A stretch of DNA of 64,000 nucleotides, taken from NCBI GenBank assembly GCA_965262115.1, contig OZ253496.1, forward strand, positions 768,001-832,000, given 5' to 3'. The notes beneath the pieces are model-generated. The model was not told where the DNA came from. It did no database searches and saw only the letters and a list, made by a program, of their open reading frames with translations. The position numbers were made by a program, and so were the translations under genes. Source of the DNA: Nitrospinales bacterium. GTDB taxonomy: Bacteria; Nitrospinota; Nitrospinia; Nitrospinales; VA-1. Of this stretch, positions 50,599-60,446 are shown piece after piece (position 1 is the first letter of the stretch; each line of letters opens with the position of its first letter).

Positions 50599-52041
50599 AT
50601 GCAACTGAAAATCCTTTTAGTCTCCGCCGAAGTCCATCCTTTCGCCAAAACCGGAGGTTTGGCAGATGTCAGTGGCGCATTGCCCCCGGCCCTGAAAAAA
50701 CTCGGGCACGACATCCGGGTCATCATGCCAAAATATCCCTGCACTGCCAAAGCAGGACGAAAAATACAGTCTCTCAAGATTGATCTAAAACTCCCCGGCT
50801 TCAGCCAGAAAGGCTCCCTGTTCAAATCTGAACTTTCTGGTGGCGTTCCAGTTTATCTGATCAAACACGACGGATACTTCAAGCGGAAATACATTTATGG
50901 CAAACCCGGCACAGATTATCCCGACAGCGTTGAGCGGTTTGCTTTTTTCTCCCAGGCTGTTCTGGAGGCCGTCAAAAATCTCCACTTCAAACCGGATATT
51001 ATTCATTGCAACGACTGGCATACCGGACTGATACCGGTGTATCTAAAATCGCTTTACCGTAAAGACTCATGGTTTTCCAACACTAAAACTCTTTTCTCGA
51101 TTCACAATCTCGGTTACCAGGGTAACTTTCCTCATTCTCACTTGAAAAAAACTGGGCTGGGCGAGTCTTTGTTCCGAGAAGACGGCATTGAGTTTTACGG
51201 CCAGATCAGTTTTTTAAAAGGCGGATTGATGTTTGCCGACACCTTGAGCACAGTGAGTCCCTCCTACAGCCAGGAAATCCAAACTACGGAACTGGGTTTT
51301 GGCATGGAAGGAATTTTGCAAAAACGTTCCAGCAGCCTGTACGGGATTTTGAACGGCGTCGACTATACTGTCTGGAATCCGAAAACCGACTCGTTGATTG
51401 CGGCTAACTATGGGCCGAAATCCCTGTCACAAAAAAAACAATGCCGCGATGACCTGATCAAAACGTTTTCTCTCCGGCTCAATAAAAGGACACCCATTCT
51501 CTGCATGATCACCCGGCTTTCAGAGCAAAAGGGAATCGATTTGATCATGGAAGCCAAAGACACGCTCGATGAACAGGACATATCTTTATTGATTCTTGGA
51601 ACAGGTTCGGCCCAATACGAATCCTTTTTTCAGCAATGGAGCCGGGACCGGCCTGACCGTATCGCTACAGCATTGAAGTTTGATGAATCTCTGGGACACC
51701 GTATTCTTGCAGGCAGTGACATGCTCCTCATGCCGTCCCGTTATGAGCCTTGTGGACTCACTCAGATGTATGCCCTGAAATATGGCACGGTTCCTATCGT
51801 CCGGGCCGTCGGCGGTTTGAAAAACTCTGTCCAGGAATTCAGTCCTAAAACGGGAAAAGGAACCGGGTTTAAATTCAAAATTCCACAAGAAAAATTTTTC
51901 CTACAATCTCTGCAAAAAGCCTTATCCTGTTTCGACCAAAGCAAAACTTGGAAAAAGCTGATGTTAAATGGGATGGCAAAAGACAATAGTTGGGAGTCTG
52001 CCGCCAAAAAGCATTTATGTCTTTACAGGAAATCCCCCTGA
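50599..52041 (+). CDS. glgA: Glycogen synthase
   Basis: KTGGLADV, HCNDWH, HNLGYQG, MPSRYEPCGLTQ. Confidence 0.96.
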   Translation: MQLKILLVSAEVHPFAKTGGLADVSGALPPALKKLGHDIRVIMPKYPCTAKAGRKIQSLKIDLKLPGFSQKGSLFKSELSGGVPVYLIKHDGYFKRKYIYGKPGTDYPDSVERFAFFSQAVLEAVKNLHFKPDIIHCNDWHTGLIPVYLKSLYRKDSWFSNTKTLFSIHNLGYQGNFPHSHLKKTGLGESLFREDGIEFYGQISFLKGGLMFADTLSTVSPSYSQEIQTTELGFGMEGILQKRSSSLYGILNGVDYTVWNPKTDSLIAANYGPKSLSQKKQCRDDLIKTFSLRLNKRTPILCMITRLSEQKGIDLIMEAKDTLDEQDISLLILGTGSAQYESFFQQWSRDRPDRIATALKFDESLGHRILAGSDMLLMPSRYEPCGLTQMYALKYGTVPIVRAVGGLKNSVQEFSPKTGKGTGFKFKIPQEKFFLQSLQKALSCFDQSKTWKKLMLNGMAKDNSWESAAKKHLCLYRKSP

Positions 52042-52064
52042 CACACCGGAAGGAGTCCCATTCA

Positions 52065-53971
52065 ATGACGGAAAGCAATCTCGGCCTGGAAATTCTTCAG
52101 GAAGTTACACGGATCGCCAACTCCACTCTGGACCTAGATGAAACTCTGGAGAAAATAATCCCGGTGATCAGGAATAAAATGCATATGGATGCCTGCGCCA
52201 TATACCTGATCAACGAATCGGACAGGCTCCTGCACCTTAAAGCCTCCATGGGCCTTCCTGATAAAGCCATGCATATTAATCTGGAAATCGGCCAGGGGGT
52301 AACAGGCTGGGTCGCCCAGCAGGGAAAGTCCTTGGCCTTGAGTGAAGCCATGCAGGACCCTCGGTTCGTCTATTTTCCAGAAATCGAAGAAGAAAAGTTT
52401 AACTCCATGCTTTCGGTGCCAATTCTGGCCAACTGCCCACCCCTGGGTGTCATCAATGTTCATAGCATTGAAAAGAGAGTTTTCAGTCCGGAGGAAATCT
52501 CTGTCCTGGAAACGATTGCCGGTCAGGTCACCGGTTGCCTGAGAAACGCCATTCAGTTTCACCAAAACCAGATGACATTAAAAGAAACCCGAATTCTATA
52601 CGACATCAGTTTGGCGGTTCAATCCACCCTCAAACTGGAGCACGGATTGTGGATCATTCTCAGTGCCATCACTATGGGAGAAGCGGGAGGATTCAACCGT
52701 GCCATGCTGTTCACCCTTAACGAAAAAAGCCAGCGACTTCAAGGGATCATGGGACTAGGTCCCGATTCTCAGGAGGATGCTGTGAGAGTCTGGACTGAGC
52801 TGGATAAAAAAAAGGCGACTTACTACAATGGGTCATCAAGGAAGCCCAGCGTGACTTGCATAGAGACTCCCCGTTCCACAACTTTGTTTGCGGATTAAGT
52901 TATCCGGTCACTGCCAACGATAATATTCTTTCGGAAACCGTGCTGCAAAAAAAGCCATTCAATATTAGGAAAGCCAAAGAACATCCACTCGTCAGCCAGG
53001 AGTTCATCGATGCGCTGGAGGTGGACTCCTTCGCCACCGTCCCCCTTATCGCGCATGAAGAAGTGCTGGGAGTCATCCTGGTCGACAACCGTTATGACCA
53101 AAAACCCGTCACCGAAGAAAACCTGCGGTTTTTGACACGATTTACCGTTTACGCCAGCTGGGTCATCGAAAACTCCAGGCTTTTCTCTAAACTGCTGGAC
53201 ACCAACCGCGAACTGCTTTCCATGAAAGAACAACTAGTCCAGGCCGAAAGATTGTCTGCCCTGGGAGAAATGGCCGCAGAAGTCGCCCATGAAATTAAAA
53301 ACCCCCTGGTTTCAATTGGCGGATTCGTCCGCAGGCTAAAAGATAAAATGACCCACCTTTCACAAAAGTGGGAAGACAATAACGATTTAAAATCAGCCGC
53401 TAATTATTCTGAAATTATTCCCAGCGAAGTAGATCGCCTTGAAAGATTGCTCAAAAACACCTTGATCTATTCCAAGTCCGGAGCGCTAGAAACGGAAGAG
53501 TGCCAGCTCAACAAATTGATTGAAGAAGCCCTCTACCTGTTCAAATCGGGGCTCTATGAAAAAAATATACACATGGTGACCGATCTACAAGCAGACCTTC
53601 CCTTGTTAAACCTCGACCGGCAGAAAATAAAACAGGTCCTGATAAACCTCTTCTATAACGCACTCGAGTCTCTCTCTCTGGGCGGACTACTGAAAGTTGA
53701 AACCTTTCAGGAAGAATACGCCCAGAAACAGAAAATGATCACAGTGCGGGTTGAGGACACAGGAGGAGGCATTCCCCAGGAAGTTTTTGAAAATATTTTT
53801 AATCCCTTTTTCACCACCAAACATACGGGAACCGGGCTCGGACTTTCCATCTGCCGGAAAATTATAGAGAATCATGGCGGAACAATTCGGGTGGAAAACC
53901 AATTAGGTAAGGGGGTTATCGTCTATCTCCATTTACCGTTGCAAAACAGCCCCGATTATTATAAAAACTAG
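52065..53971 (+). CDS. GAF-GAF sensor histidine kinase, split by a frameshift at an A8 run
   Basis: GAF domains; AHEIKNPL, QVLINLFYNA, DTGGGIP, GTGLGL. The frames join at 52806-52813; intact gene versus pseudogene is unresolved. Confidence 0.85.
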
Positions 53972-54046
53972 TGTCCTTCTGTCATGGTGAATCCATTTTC
54001 TTTTTTCCGGGATCCTTGACCTGAACCCATAAAAGCAAAACTAAAC

Positions 54047-54412
54047 ATGAAAACCATCCTCGTTGTTGATGACGAACAAAATATCAGGTTTCTTTATAAA
54101 GAAGAGCTTGAAGATGCCGGTTACCGGGTTTCGGTGGCTGCCACCGGCGAGGAAGCCCTGAAAATGTTAGACAAGCAGGCTCCGGACCTCATTATCCTGG
54201 ACATCAAAATTCCTGGAATGGACGGCATTGAGGTCATGCGGAAAATCAAGAGTGAAAAGGGCGATATTCCCATAATACTTTGTTCTGCTTATGGCCAGTA
54301 CAAGCAGGACTTTAGAGTATGGGCCTCGGATGCCTATGTGGTCAAATCGGCGGATCTCAGGGAACTGAAACTCACCATCAAGGAGATTTTCAATCAGCTA
54401 AAAGCGGGTTGA
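54047..54412 (+). CDS. Single-domain response regulator
   Basis: LVVDDE, IILDIKIPGMDG, YVVKS. Confidence 0.93.
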   Translation: MKTILVVDDEQNIRFLYKEELEDAGYRVSVAATGEEALKMLDKQAPDLIILDIKIPGMDGIEVMRKIKSEKGDIPIILCSAYGQYKQDFRVWASDAYVVKSADLRELKLTIKEIFNQLKAG

Positions 54413-54422
54413 TCAGAATAAA

Positions 54423-55073
54423 ATGGCCAAGCAAACCATCGAACCCAGGTTCATTGCTGTTGAAGGCGCTATAGGCGCGGGCAAAACATCTTTGGTCAGC
54501 CTCCTTGAACAACAATATGGCGCCCGGGTAATTCTGGAGGAGAACGATTCCAATCCCTTTATCGCGAAATTTTATGAGGATCAGGAAACCTACTCCTTTC
54601 AAACCCAGATTTTTTTTTTACTGAACCGTTACAATCAGTATATGGAGCTAGCGCAGAGAGACCTGTTTAACTCCGTGGTCGTGATCGACTACCTGTTTCA
54701 ACGCGACAAAATATTCGCCCAGCTCAACCTGGAAGATCACGAGTATCGCCTGTATGAACAAATCTTCAACCTACTCGGTCCCAAAGCTCCGAAACCCGAT
54801 TTAGTCATTTTTTTGCAGGCCAGCACCGAAGTGTTGATGGAGAGAGTTTCCAAAAGAGGCCGGGATTATGAAGCTTTTATGGACCCCGATTATCTTGGTT
54901 CGGTGAACAAGGCTTTCAATAATTTCTTTTTTTACTACTCCGACACACCGCTTTTGGTCATAAATACCAATGAGATCGACTTTGTTGAAAAAAAATGTGA
55001 CCTGGAAGAGTTGATTAACAAGATCAACAGCCATAAAATAGGCAGAGAATATTATAACCCGCTTGGATCCTAA
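54423..55073 (+). CDS. Deoxynucleoside kinase
   Basis: AVEGAIGAGKT, FQTQIFFL, PDLVIFLQA, RGRDYE. Confidence 0.92.
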   Translation: MAKQTIEPRFIAVEGAIGAGKTSLVSLLEQQYGARVILEENDSNPFIAKFYEDQETYSFQTQIFFLLNRYNQYMELAQRDLFNSVVVIDYLFQRDKIFAQLNLEDHEYRLYEQIFNLLGPKAPKPDLVIFLQASTEVLMERVSKRGRDYEAFMDPDYLGSVNKAFNNFFFYYSDTPLLVINTNEIDFVEKKCDLEELINKINSHKIGREYYNPLGS

Positions 55074-55086
55074 CGGACCGGGACGG
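55059..55086 (+). promoter_or_regulatory. Candidate pan RNA motif
   Basis: Hairpin CCG-CTTGG-(A)-TCC[TAAC]GGA-CCGGG-(A)-CGG with two bulged As, upstream of panB. Confidence 0.6.
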
Positions 55087-55249
55087 AGTGAGCTTCATAA
55101 ATCAAGGCGAACGTAATTCGGGGACCCCATTGGCGGCCTCAAAATTTTTCATAGCGTTCTCCATGCTACGCTGCTCCCACAGCATTTGCTGCTGGTTTCA
55201 TTTTTTGATTCCCCCCGTTTGGCCTCAAGCCTTATCCGTATAAAAGACC

Positions 55250-56095
55250 ATGGATAACAGGCCTGTCACCGTCCCTGAAGTTTCAGGGAGAAAAAATTCA
55301 GGGAAAAAGATCACCGCCCTGACCGCTTACGATTACAGCTTCGCGAAACTCCTCGACGCAACAGATTTAGACATCATTCTGGTGGGAGATTCCTTAGGGA
55401 TGGTTTCCCTAGGCCATGAGAACACCCTCGCAGTGACTATGGAAAACATGGTCGACCATATCCGTGCCGTCAAACAAGGCGCCCAGCGCGCATTGGTTGT
55501 GGGCGATATGCCGTTCATGTCCTATCAGGTTTCAGTGGAACAGGCAGTGACTAACGCTGGCCGCCTGATTCAGGAAGGCGGGGCCTCCGCCGTCAAACTC
55601 GAAGGGGGAGTCCGCGTGTCCGACAGGGTTCAGGCGATTGTTCAGACGGGAATTCCCGTCATGGGCCATATTGGCTTGACCCCGCAATCCGTCCATCAAT
55701 TTGGCGGCTATAAAGTGCAGGGCAAAAACTATCTCGACTCCCGGCAAATCAAGCAGGATGCGCACGAGCTGCAAAACGCCGGCATCTTTGCTCTGGTTCT
55801 GGAGGGCATCCCCGGTGGACTTGCAGAAGAAATCACTGCCGAACTAAAAATACCGACCATCGGTATTGGGGCCGGCTCTAAATGTGACGGACAGATTCTG
55901 GTGCTTCACGACCTGCTCGGACTGAATCAGGACTTCGTGCCCAAATTCGTAAAACAATACGCCCAACTGGCTGATAGTCTGAAGGACGCGGTTTCCGAAT
56001 ACATACAGGACGTCAGGAGCGAAACCTTTCCGGGGCAGGAACATACCTATCATTCAAAACAGGGAAAACTCAAACAGGTCAACGATGGGGACTAA
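55250..56095 (+). CDS. panB: 3-methyl-2-oxobutanoate hydroxymethyltransferase
   Basis: LTAYD, ILVGDSLG, GDMPF, VKLEGG, GHIGLTPQS. Confidence 0.97.
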   Translation: MDNRPVTVPEVSGRKNSGKKITALTAYDYSFAKLLDATDLDIILVGDSLGMVSLGHENTLAVTMENMVDHIRAVKQGAQRALVVGDMPFMSYQVSVEQAVTNAGRLIQEGGASAVKLEGGVRVSDRVQAIVQTGIPVMGHIGLTPQSVHQFGGYKVQGKNYLDSRQIKQDAHELQNAGIFALVLEGIPGGLAEEITAELKIPTIGIGAGSKCDGQILVLHDLLGLNQDFVPKFVKQYAQLADSLKDAVSEYIQDVRSETFPGQEHTYHSKQGKLKQVNDGD

Positions 56096-56960
56096 AATTA
56101 AATCTAGAACCTTGCGAGAAATATCCTCCATTTCCGAAATGAAAGATATTTCTCAATCGTTGCGGAAACAGAACCTGACTATAGGTATTGTGCCGACTAT
56201 GGGTTGCCTCCATGCAGGTCATTTAAACCTGGTCAAAAGATCATTGGAAACCTGTGACCGAACCGTGGTCAGTATTTTTATCAACCCCACCCAGTTTGGT
56301 CCCAACGAAGATATTGATACCTACCCACGCCAGTTGGAGAGCGACATCGAGAAGCTGGAGACAATAGGCGCCGACATTATGTTCCATCCGACCAAAGAGG
56401 AGATGTATCCACCTGACTACAAAACCTATGTAGAAGTGCAGAGCATCACCGAACAGTTATGCGGCAAAAGTCGGCCCGATCTTTTTGCGGGAGTCAGCAC
56501 AGTAGTGTTAAAACTGTTCAATATCGTGCGACCCCATCATGCTTACTTTGGCGAAAAAGACTGGCAACAGCTTGCCGTCATCGAGGCTCTGGTCGACGAT
56601 TTAAACCTTGATGTTGCCATCATCCGTGTCCCAATTGTAAGGGAACCTGATGGACTTGCCATGAGTTCCAGAAACCGCTATTTGTCACCTCAAGAGAGAC
56701 AATCCGCGCTGTCTTTATCGCGTTCGCTTCAGCAGGCCCGGGACAATATTCGCCGGGGGACGACTTCGGCAAAAGTGATCCACGATTCAATCCGGCAATG
56801 CCTGTCTGAGGAAGAAGGAACAGAAATCGACTATATTTCCATTTGCGATCCAGAAAGTTTCAAGGAAAAAGAACAAATACGTGGTAGAACGCTGATCGCC
56901 CTCGCGGTGAAGGTCGGCCCGTCACGGCTCATTGACAATTGCATTATCGAGGAGTTCTGA
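56085..56960 (+). CDS. panC: Pantoate-beta-alanine ligase
   Basis: VPTMGCLHAGH, FINPTQF, FGEKD, GLAMSSRN, RLIDN. Confidence 0.97.
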   Translation: MGTKIKSRTLREISSISEMKDISQSLRKQNLTIGIVPTMGCLHAGHLNLVKRSLETCDRTVVSIFINPTQFGPNEDIDTYPRQLESDIEKLETIGADIMFHPTKEEMYPPDYKTYVEVQSITEQLCGKSRPDLFAGVSTVVLKLFNIVRPHHAYFGEKDWQQLAVIEALVDDLNLDVAIIRVPIVREPDGLAMSSRNRYLSPQERQSALSLSRSLQQARDNIRRGTTSAKVIHDSIRQCLSEEEGTEIDYISICDPESFKEKEQIRGRTLIALAVKVGPSRLIDNCIIEEF

Positions 56961-57313
56961 TGCAAAGAATTATGCTTAAATCCAAACTTCACCGCGCCCG
57001 GGTAACGGCAACAGAGATTGATTATGAAGGCAGTATCGCCATTGATGAAGACCTGTTGGAAAGGGTCGGCATTCTGCCTCTTGAACAGGTCCATATCTAT
57101 AACATTAACACCGGAGGCCGGTTCGTCACCTATGTCATCACCGCCGAACGGGGGTCCGGAATTTTTTCAATCAATGGCGCAGCCGCCCGTCTGGCGCAGA
57201 TAAATGATCGTATCATCGTCGCGGCTTATGGTATGATAGATACCGAACAAGAAAGCCATAATGCCCAGGTCGTTCTTCTCGACGAGAGCAATAAAATCGT
57301 CGAAGGCCAATGA
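56960..57313 (+). CDS. panD: Aspartate 1-decarboxylase
   Basis: MLKSKLHRA, YEGSI cleavage site, NGAAAR. Confidence 0.96.
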   Translation: MQRIMLKSKLHRARVTATEIDYEGSIAIDEDLLERVGILPLEQVHIYNINTGGRFVTYVITAERGSGIFSINGAAARLAQINDRIIVAAYGMIDTEQESHNAQVVLLDESNKIVEGQ

Positions 57314-57363
57314 GCATTTATTAAGTTTGTCCCAATAGTCCCTTTTACAAAAAAGAGGTTATC

Positions 57364-58113
57364 TTGCCCGATCTTTTTATATATGGCGCCGCCGGATTCA
57401 TGGTCTGGATGTGTCTGGACTGCATCCAGCGCCGCGAGCATTTTATCTGGATCATCATCATGATCATCCTCTTCCCCGTAGGGGCGGTGGCCTATTTCTT
57501 TGTGGTGAAAAACCGCGCTGGTGAAGGTAAAACTGGGTTCTCCATCACTCCTATCCGTAAAGAAGCTGAAACAGAAGAAACCCTGCAACTCAAGGAGCTG
57601 ATCGGAAAACACCACAAAGCCTACCACTACGAAAAACTTGGGCAGGTCTACATCGAGCGGAAAAAGTTTGAGCAGGCAATTCCCGAGTTTGAGGAAGCCA
57701 TCCAACGCGACCCGGAAATGCTGGAAGCCCGTTATGGTCTGGCCAAAAGCCTTCACGGAATGGGCAACTATGCAGAAGCCGCCGTTGCTCTGGAAAAACT
57801 GACCGCCATCGACAAAAAATACGATTATGGCAATGCCATTTTCGGCCTCGCAGAAAGCTATCGTTTGTCCGGCAATGAAGAAAAAGCTCTGGAAAAATAT
57901 CGTGAGGTCATAAACTCCTTCCACTTTTTTAAGGCCTATTACCACTACGCCCGTCTTCTCGACAAAAGAGGTAAAAAACAGGAAGCCATCGACCATATGA
58001 AAAGTATTGTCGGCTCTTCCAAAGACCTGCCCGACTACAAACTTGAAAAAGAGCGGTTCTGGATTGATGAGGCTTATAAATTTCTAAGAAAAAATGGAAT
58101 TGAGTTGGCCTGA
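57364..58113 (+). CDS. Membrane-anchored TPR protein
   Basis: Two N-terminal TM helices followed by TPR-like helices. Confidence 0.82.
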   Translation: MPDLFIYGAAGFMVWMCLDCIQRREHFIWIIIMIILFPVGAVAYFFVVKNRAGEGKTGFSITPIRKEAETEETLQLKELIGKHHKAYHYEKLGQVYIERKKFEQAIPEFEEAIQRDPEMLEARYGLAKSLHGMGNYAEAAVALEKLTAIDKKYDYGNAIFGLAESYRLSGNEEKALEKYREVINSFHFFKAYYHYARLLDKRGKKQEAIDHMKSIVGSSKDLPDYKLEKERFWIDEAYKFLRKNGIELA

Positions 58114-58240
58114 GCGGAAAACCTCCGCTGGCATAAGTAATAGCTTTTTAAGCCGGGAGCACTAGTTAGCCAGACAAATCTAGGCTTATTGGCCCCACCT
58201 GAGCGGGGGAAGTAAAACCCACTTATGGGTTTCAAAAACA

Positions 58241-58792
58241 ATGACAGTCCTTTCTGAAAATCTAAAGACCCTCAGAAAAAAACTCAACTGCACACAGATG
58301 GCCCTTTCAGAAGTCCTTGAAATCGGATTCAGTACCTATGTCCGATACGAAGCGGGGGAAAGAGACGCGCCGGTCTCGGTCATGGTCAAACTTGCCAAAC
58401 TGGGGAACGTGTCGCTCGACCGCCTGCTGACCACTAAAATCCTGCCGGAAGACCTCGACACCCCGGACCAGGAAAAACCTCAATCCACCATCCACAACGC
58501 AGAAGTGACCGGTGGTGGCATTGAAGAAGGACGGTTGATGCTCAAAGGATTTCTGACCGACAATCTGGTCACCAATAATAAAGAAGAGCAAAAATTGCTC
58601 ACCCTGTTTAGAAAAACCAACCGCCCTAATCGGGAAAAGTTCCTGCTCGACCTGGAATGGGTGTTCAGCAATACCCGAAGGTCACGACTCACCAGCGCAA
58701 AAAAAATTCCCCGCAAACTGGAAAAAGCCCAGACCGCCGTCAAACTGAAAAAACTCGCCAAAAATATCAAAAAAATTACCGTCCGCGGCTGA
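58241..58792 (+). CDS. XRE-family HTH regulator
   Basis: NLKTLRKK..TQ..LSE.L.I...TY.RYE.G. Confidence 0.85.
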   Translation: MTVLSENLKTLRKKLNCTQMALSEVLEIGFSTYVRYEAGERDAPVSVMVKLAKLGNVSLDRLLTTKILPEDLDTPDQEKPQSTIHNAEVTGGGIEEGRLMLKGFLTDNLVTNNKEEQKLLTLFRKTNRPNREKFLLDLEWVFSNTRRSRLTSAKKIPRKLEKAQTAVKLKKLAKNIKKITVRG

Positions 58793-58963
58793 CCGGCGAG
58801 CCGCCGGGGGCAACTGCAATAGCGTTAATGACCTAACAACGGGTTAACTCGGCTTAAAAAGGCTTTGCCCCCTCTTTTTAAAGAGGGTCGGGGTAATTTT
58901 ACATTCAGGGAGTTGAATTCCCACAGTCGCGACCACCGAAAGCGTGGAGGTCGACTTACGGCC

Positions 58964-59082
58964 ATGGTATTTGTGCTATCCACTTCCTTAAACTTCATGA
59001 GCGTATGATATTTCCAACCTCGGACTCATCCCCGCAAGGGGTAGCACGGGTACTTCCTAAACTTCGTGCCTCAGAGGGGTAT
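58964..59082 (-). repeat. Three nested 40-bp micro-elements
   Basis: Outer 58964-58972 + 59054-59082; middle 58973-59004 + 59044-59053; inner 59005-59043. Confidence 0.75.
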
Positions 59083-59128
59083 GACCCCTTTACTTTATCT
59101 GACAATACAAATAACTTGAGGAACGTTC

Positions 59129-59724
59129 ATGCAAACTATTTCACTACCAGAACTGAGCATCGTCTTCATTCCAGCGGCTTTTCTGCTGGCTGTAATGTTC
59201 CACTGGCAACTCAAAGCCTGGGTTGGCCTGTACGCGAATGTCCGTATGCTCCTCCAGCTACTATTGGTTGGCTATTTTATCACTTACGTCTTCGACACCA
59301 CACAACCCCTGGTCATTGTTGTAGTGGTGGCCATAATGATAGCGGTCTCTGCGTGGATCGCACTCAGATCGCTCGACGAGCACGGACCCAAAAACTCTAC
59401 CTCATCGTTCTGGTCTCAATCGGGGGGCCTGGGTTGGTCCTGCTGGCGGTTGTGACACAACTTGTGTTGGAGATGCCACGATGGTTCGAGCCAAGCCTGG
59501 TAATTCCAATTGCCGGAATGATCTTTGCGAATTCAATGAACACGGTTAGCCTGGCAGCAGAACGTTTTGAATCGGAATTCAAACGGGGCGAAAACACCAT
59601 AATCGCAAGGCGGACTGCTTTGGATGCCGCTCTTATACCGCAGATCAATAGTCTTTTTGCTGTCGGATTGGTTGCGCTACCTGGAATGGACGGGACAGAT
59701 TCTTTCCGGCGTGGGGCCAAATAG
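59129..59724 (+). pseudogene. UPF0014/FetB-type ABC permease, frameshifted and 3'-truncated
   Basis: RMLLQLLLVGY...; frameshift near 59390; IPIAGMIFANSMN, IPQINSL, LPGM; second shift into TGQILSG, then a repeat replaces the C-terminus. Confidence 0.82.
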
Positions 59725-59731
59725 GGCGGTG

Positions 59732-59771
59732 ATAACCCTGCGGGGCATGAAGGCCAGGGTAGGAACATGAC
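59732..59771 (+). repeat. 40-bp micro-element inside a GGCGGTGACGC...GCGACCGCC hairpin
   Basis: Uninterrupted hairpin copies at 60296-60319 and 61791-61814. Confidence 0.8.
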
Positions 59772-59929
59772 ACGCACTCGCGACCGCCTTCTTCTGCGGA
59801 CCCAATTGGTTGCCGTTGCGAGCCGCAGAGCGGCGCGGCGACCCAGTTTAATTTGTTTATATTGATAAGTTAAAACTGTTATTCTTAATAAACAGGTTTC
59901 ATCCCCGACATAAACTCCAGGAGATCAAA

Positions 59930-60295
59930 ATGAAAAAGATATTTTTTGCGGTTCTATTGCTAGTGACGGGAATCTTATTTTCTTCCACCGCTTTTGCCCA
60001 CGATGGTGAAGCCCATGCTAAAGATATGTATGAAGAAGGCAGTGGCGGTTCCTCAATGGATATGGGCCACAAAGCTGGTGCAACGGATCATGAATATAAA
60101 GGTGAACATGCCGGTGGAGCGGAGCATTCCAAAGAATATTATGAAAAGAAATACGGCAAATACGAACATGAAAAACAAGGAATGCAGGAAGAAGGTAGCG
60201 GTATGAAAGAAGAAGCCATGAAGATGAGAGAAATGGAACATCAACGCATGGAAGAAGGCAGCAGAATGCAACCCGCTAGCGAGGGAGGCCAATAG
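59930..60295 (+). CDS. Secreted His/Met/Glu-rich protein
   Basis: AGGAG RBS, signal peptide AFA|HDGEAH, three EEGS repeats. Confidence 0.8.
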   Translation: MKKIFFAVLLLVTGILFSSTAFAHDGEAHAKDMYEEGSGGSSMDMGHKAGATDHEYKGEHAGGAEHSKEYYEKKYGKYEHEKQGMQEEGSGMKEEAMKMREMEHQRMEEGSRMQPASEGGQ

Positions 60296-60446
60296 GGCGG
60301 TGACGCTACCGCGACCGCCTTTGAACCGGTTTTAATAATTCCTCTCCCCTTGAGGGAGAGGATTAAGGTGAGGGGGATTGCAAAAAATTCTCATAATTTC
60401 TAGTAGGCTTAAAAGTGGATCGTCTGTTTCATAGCAGAGTCGGCTA

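Noticed and set aside
58825..58900. Integron attC site (ACCTAACAA...)
   Set aside because: No matching GTTRRRY arm or integrase; better explained as a diverged host-MITE fragment.
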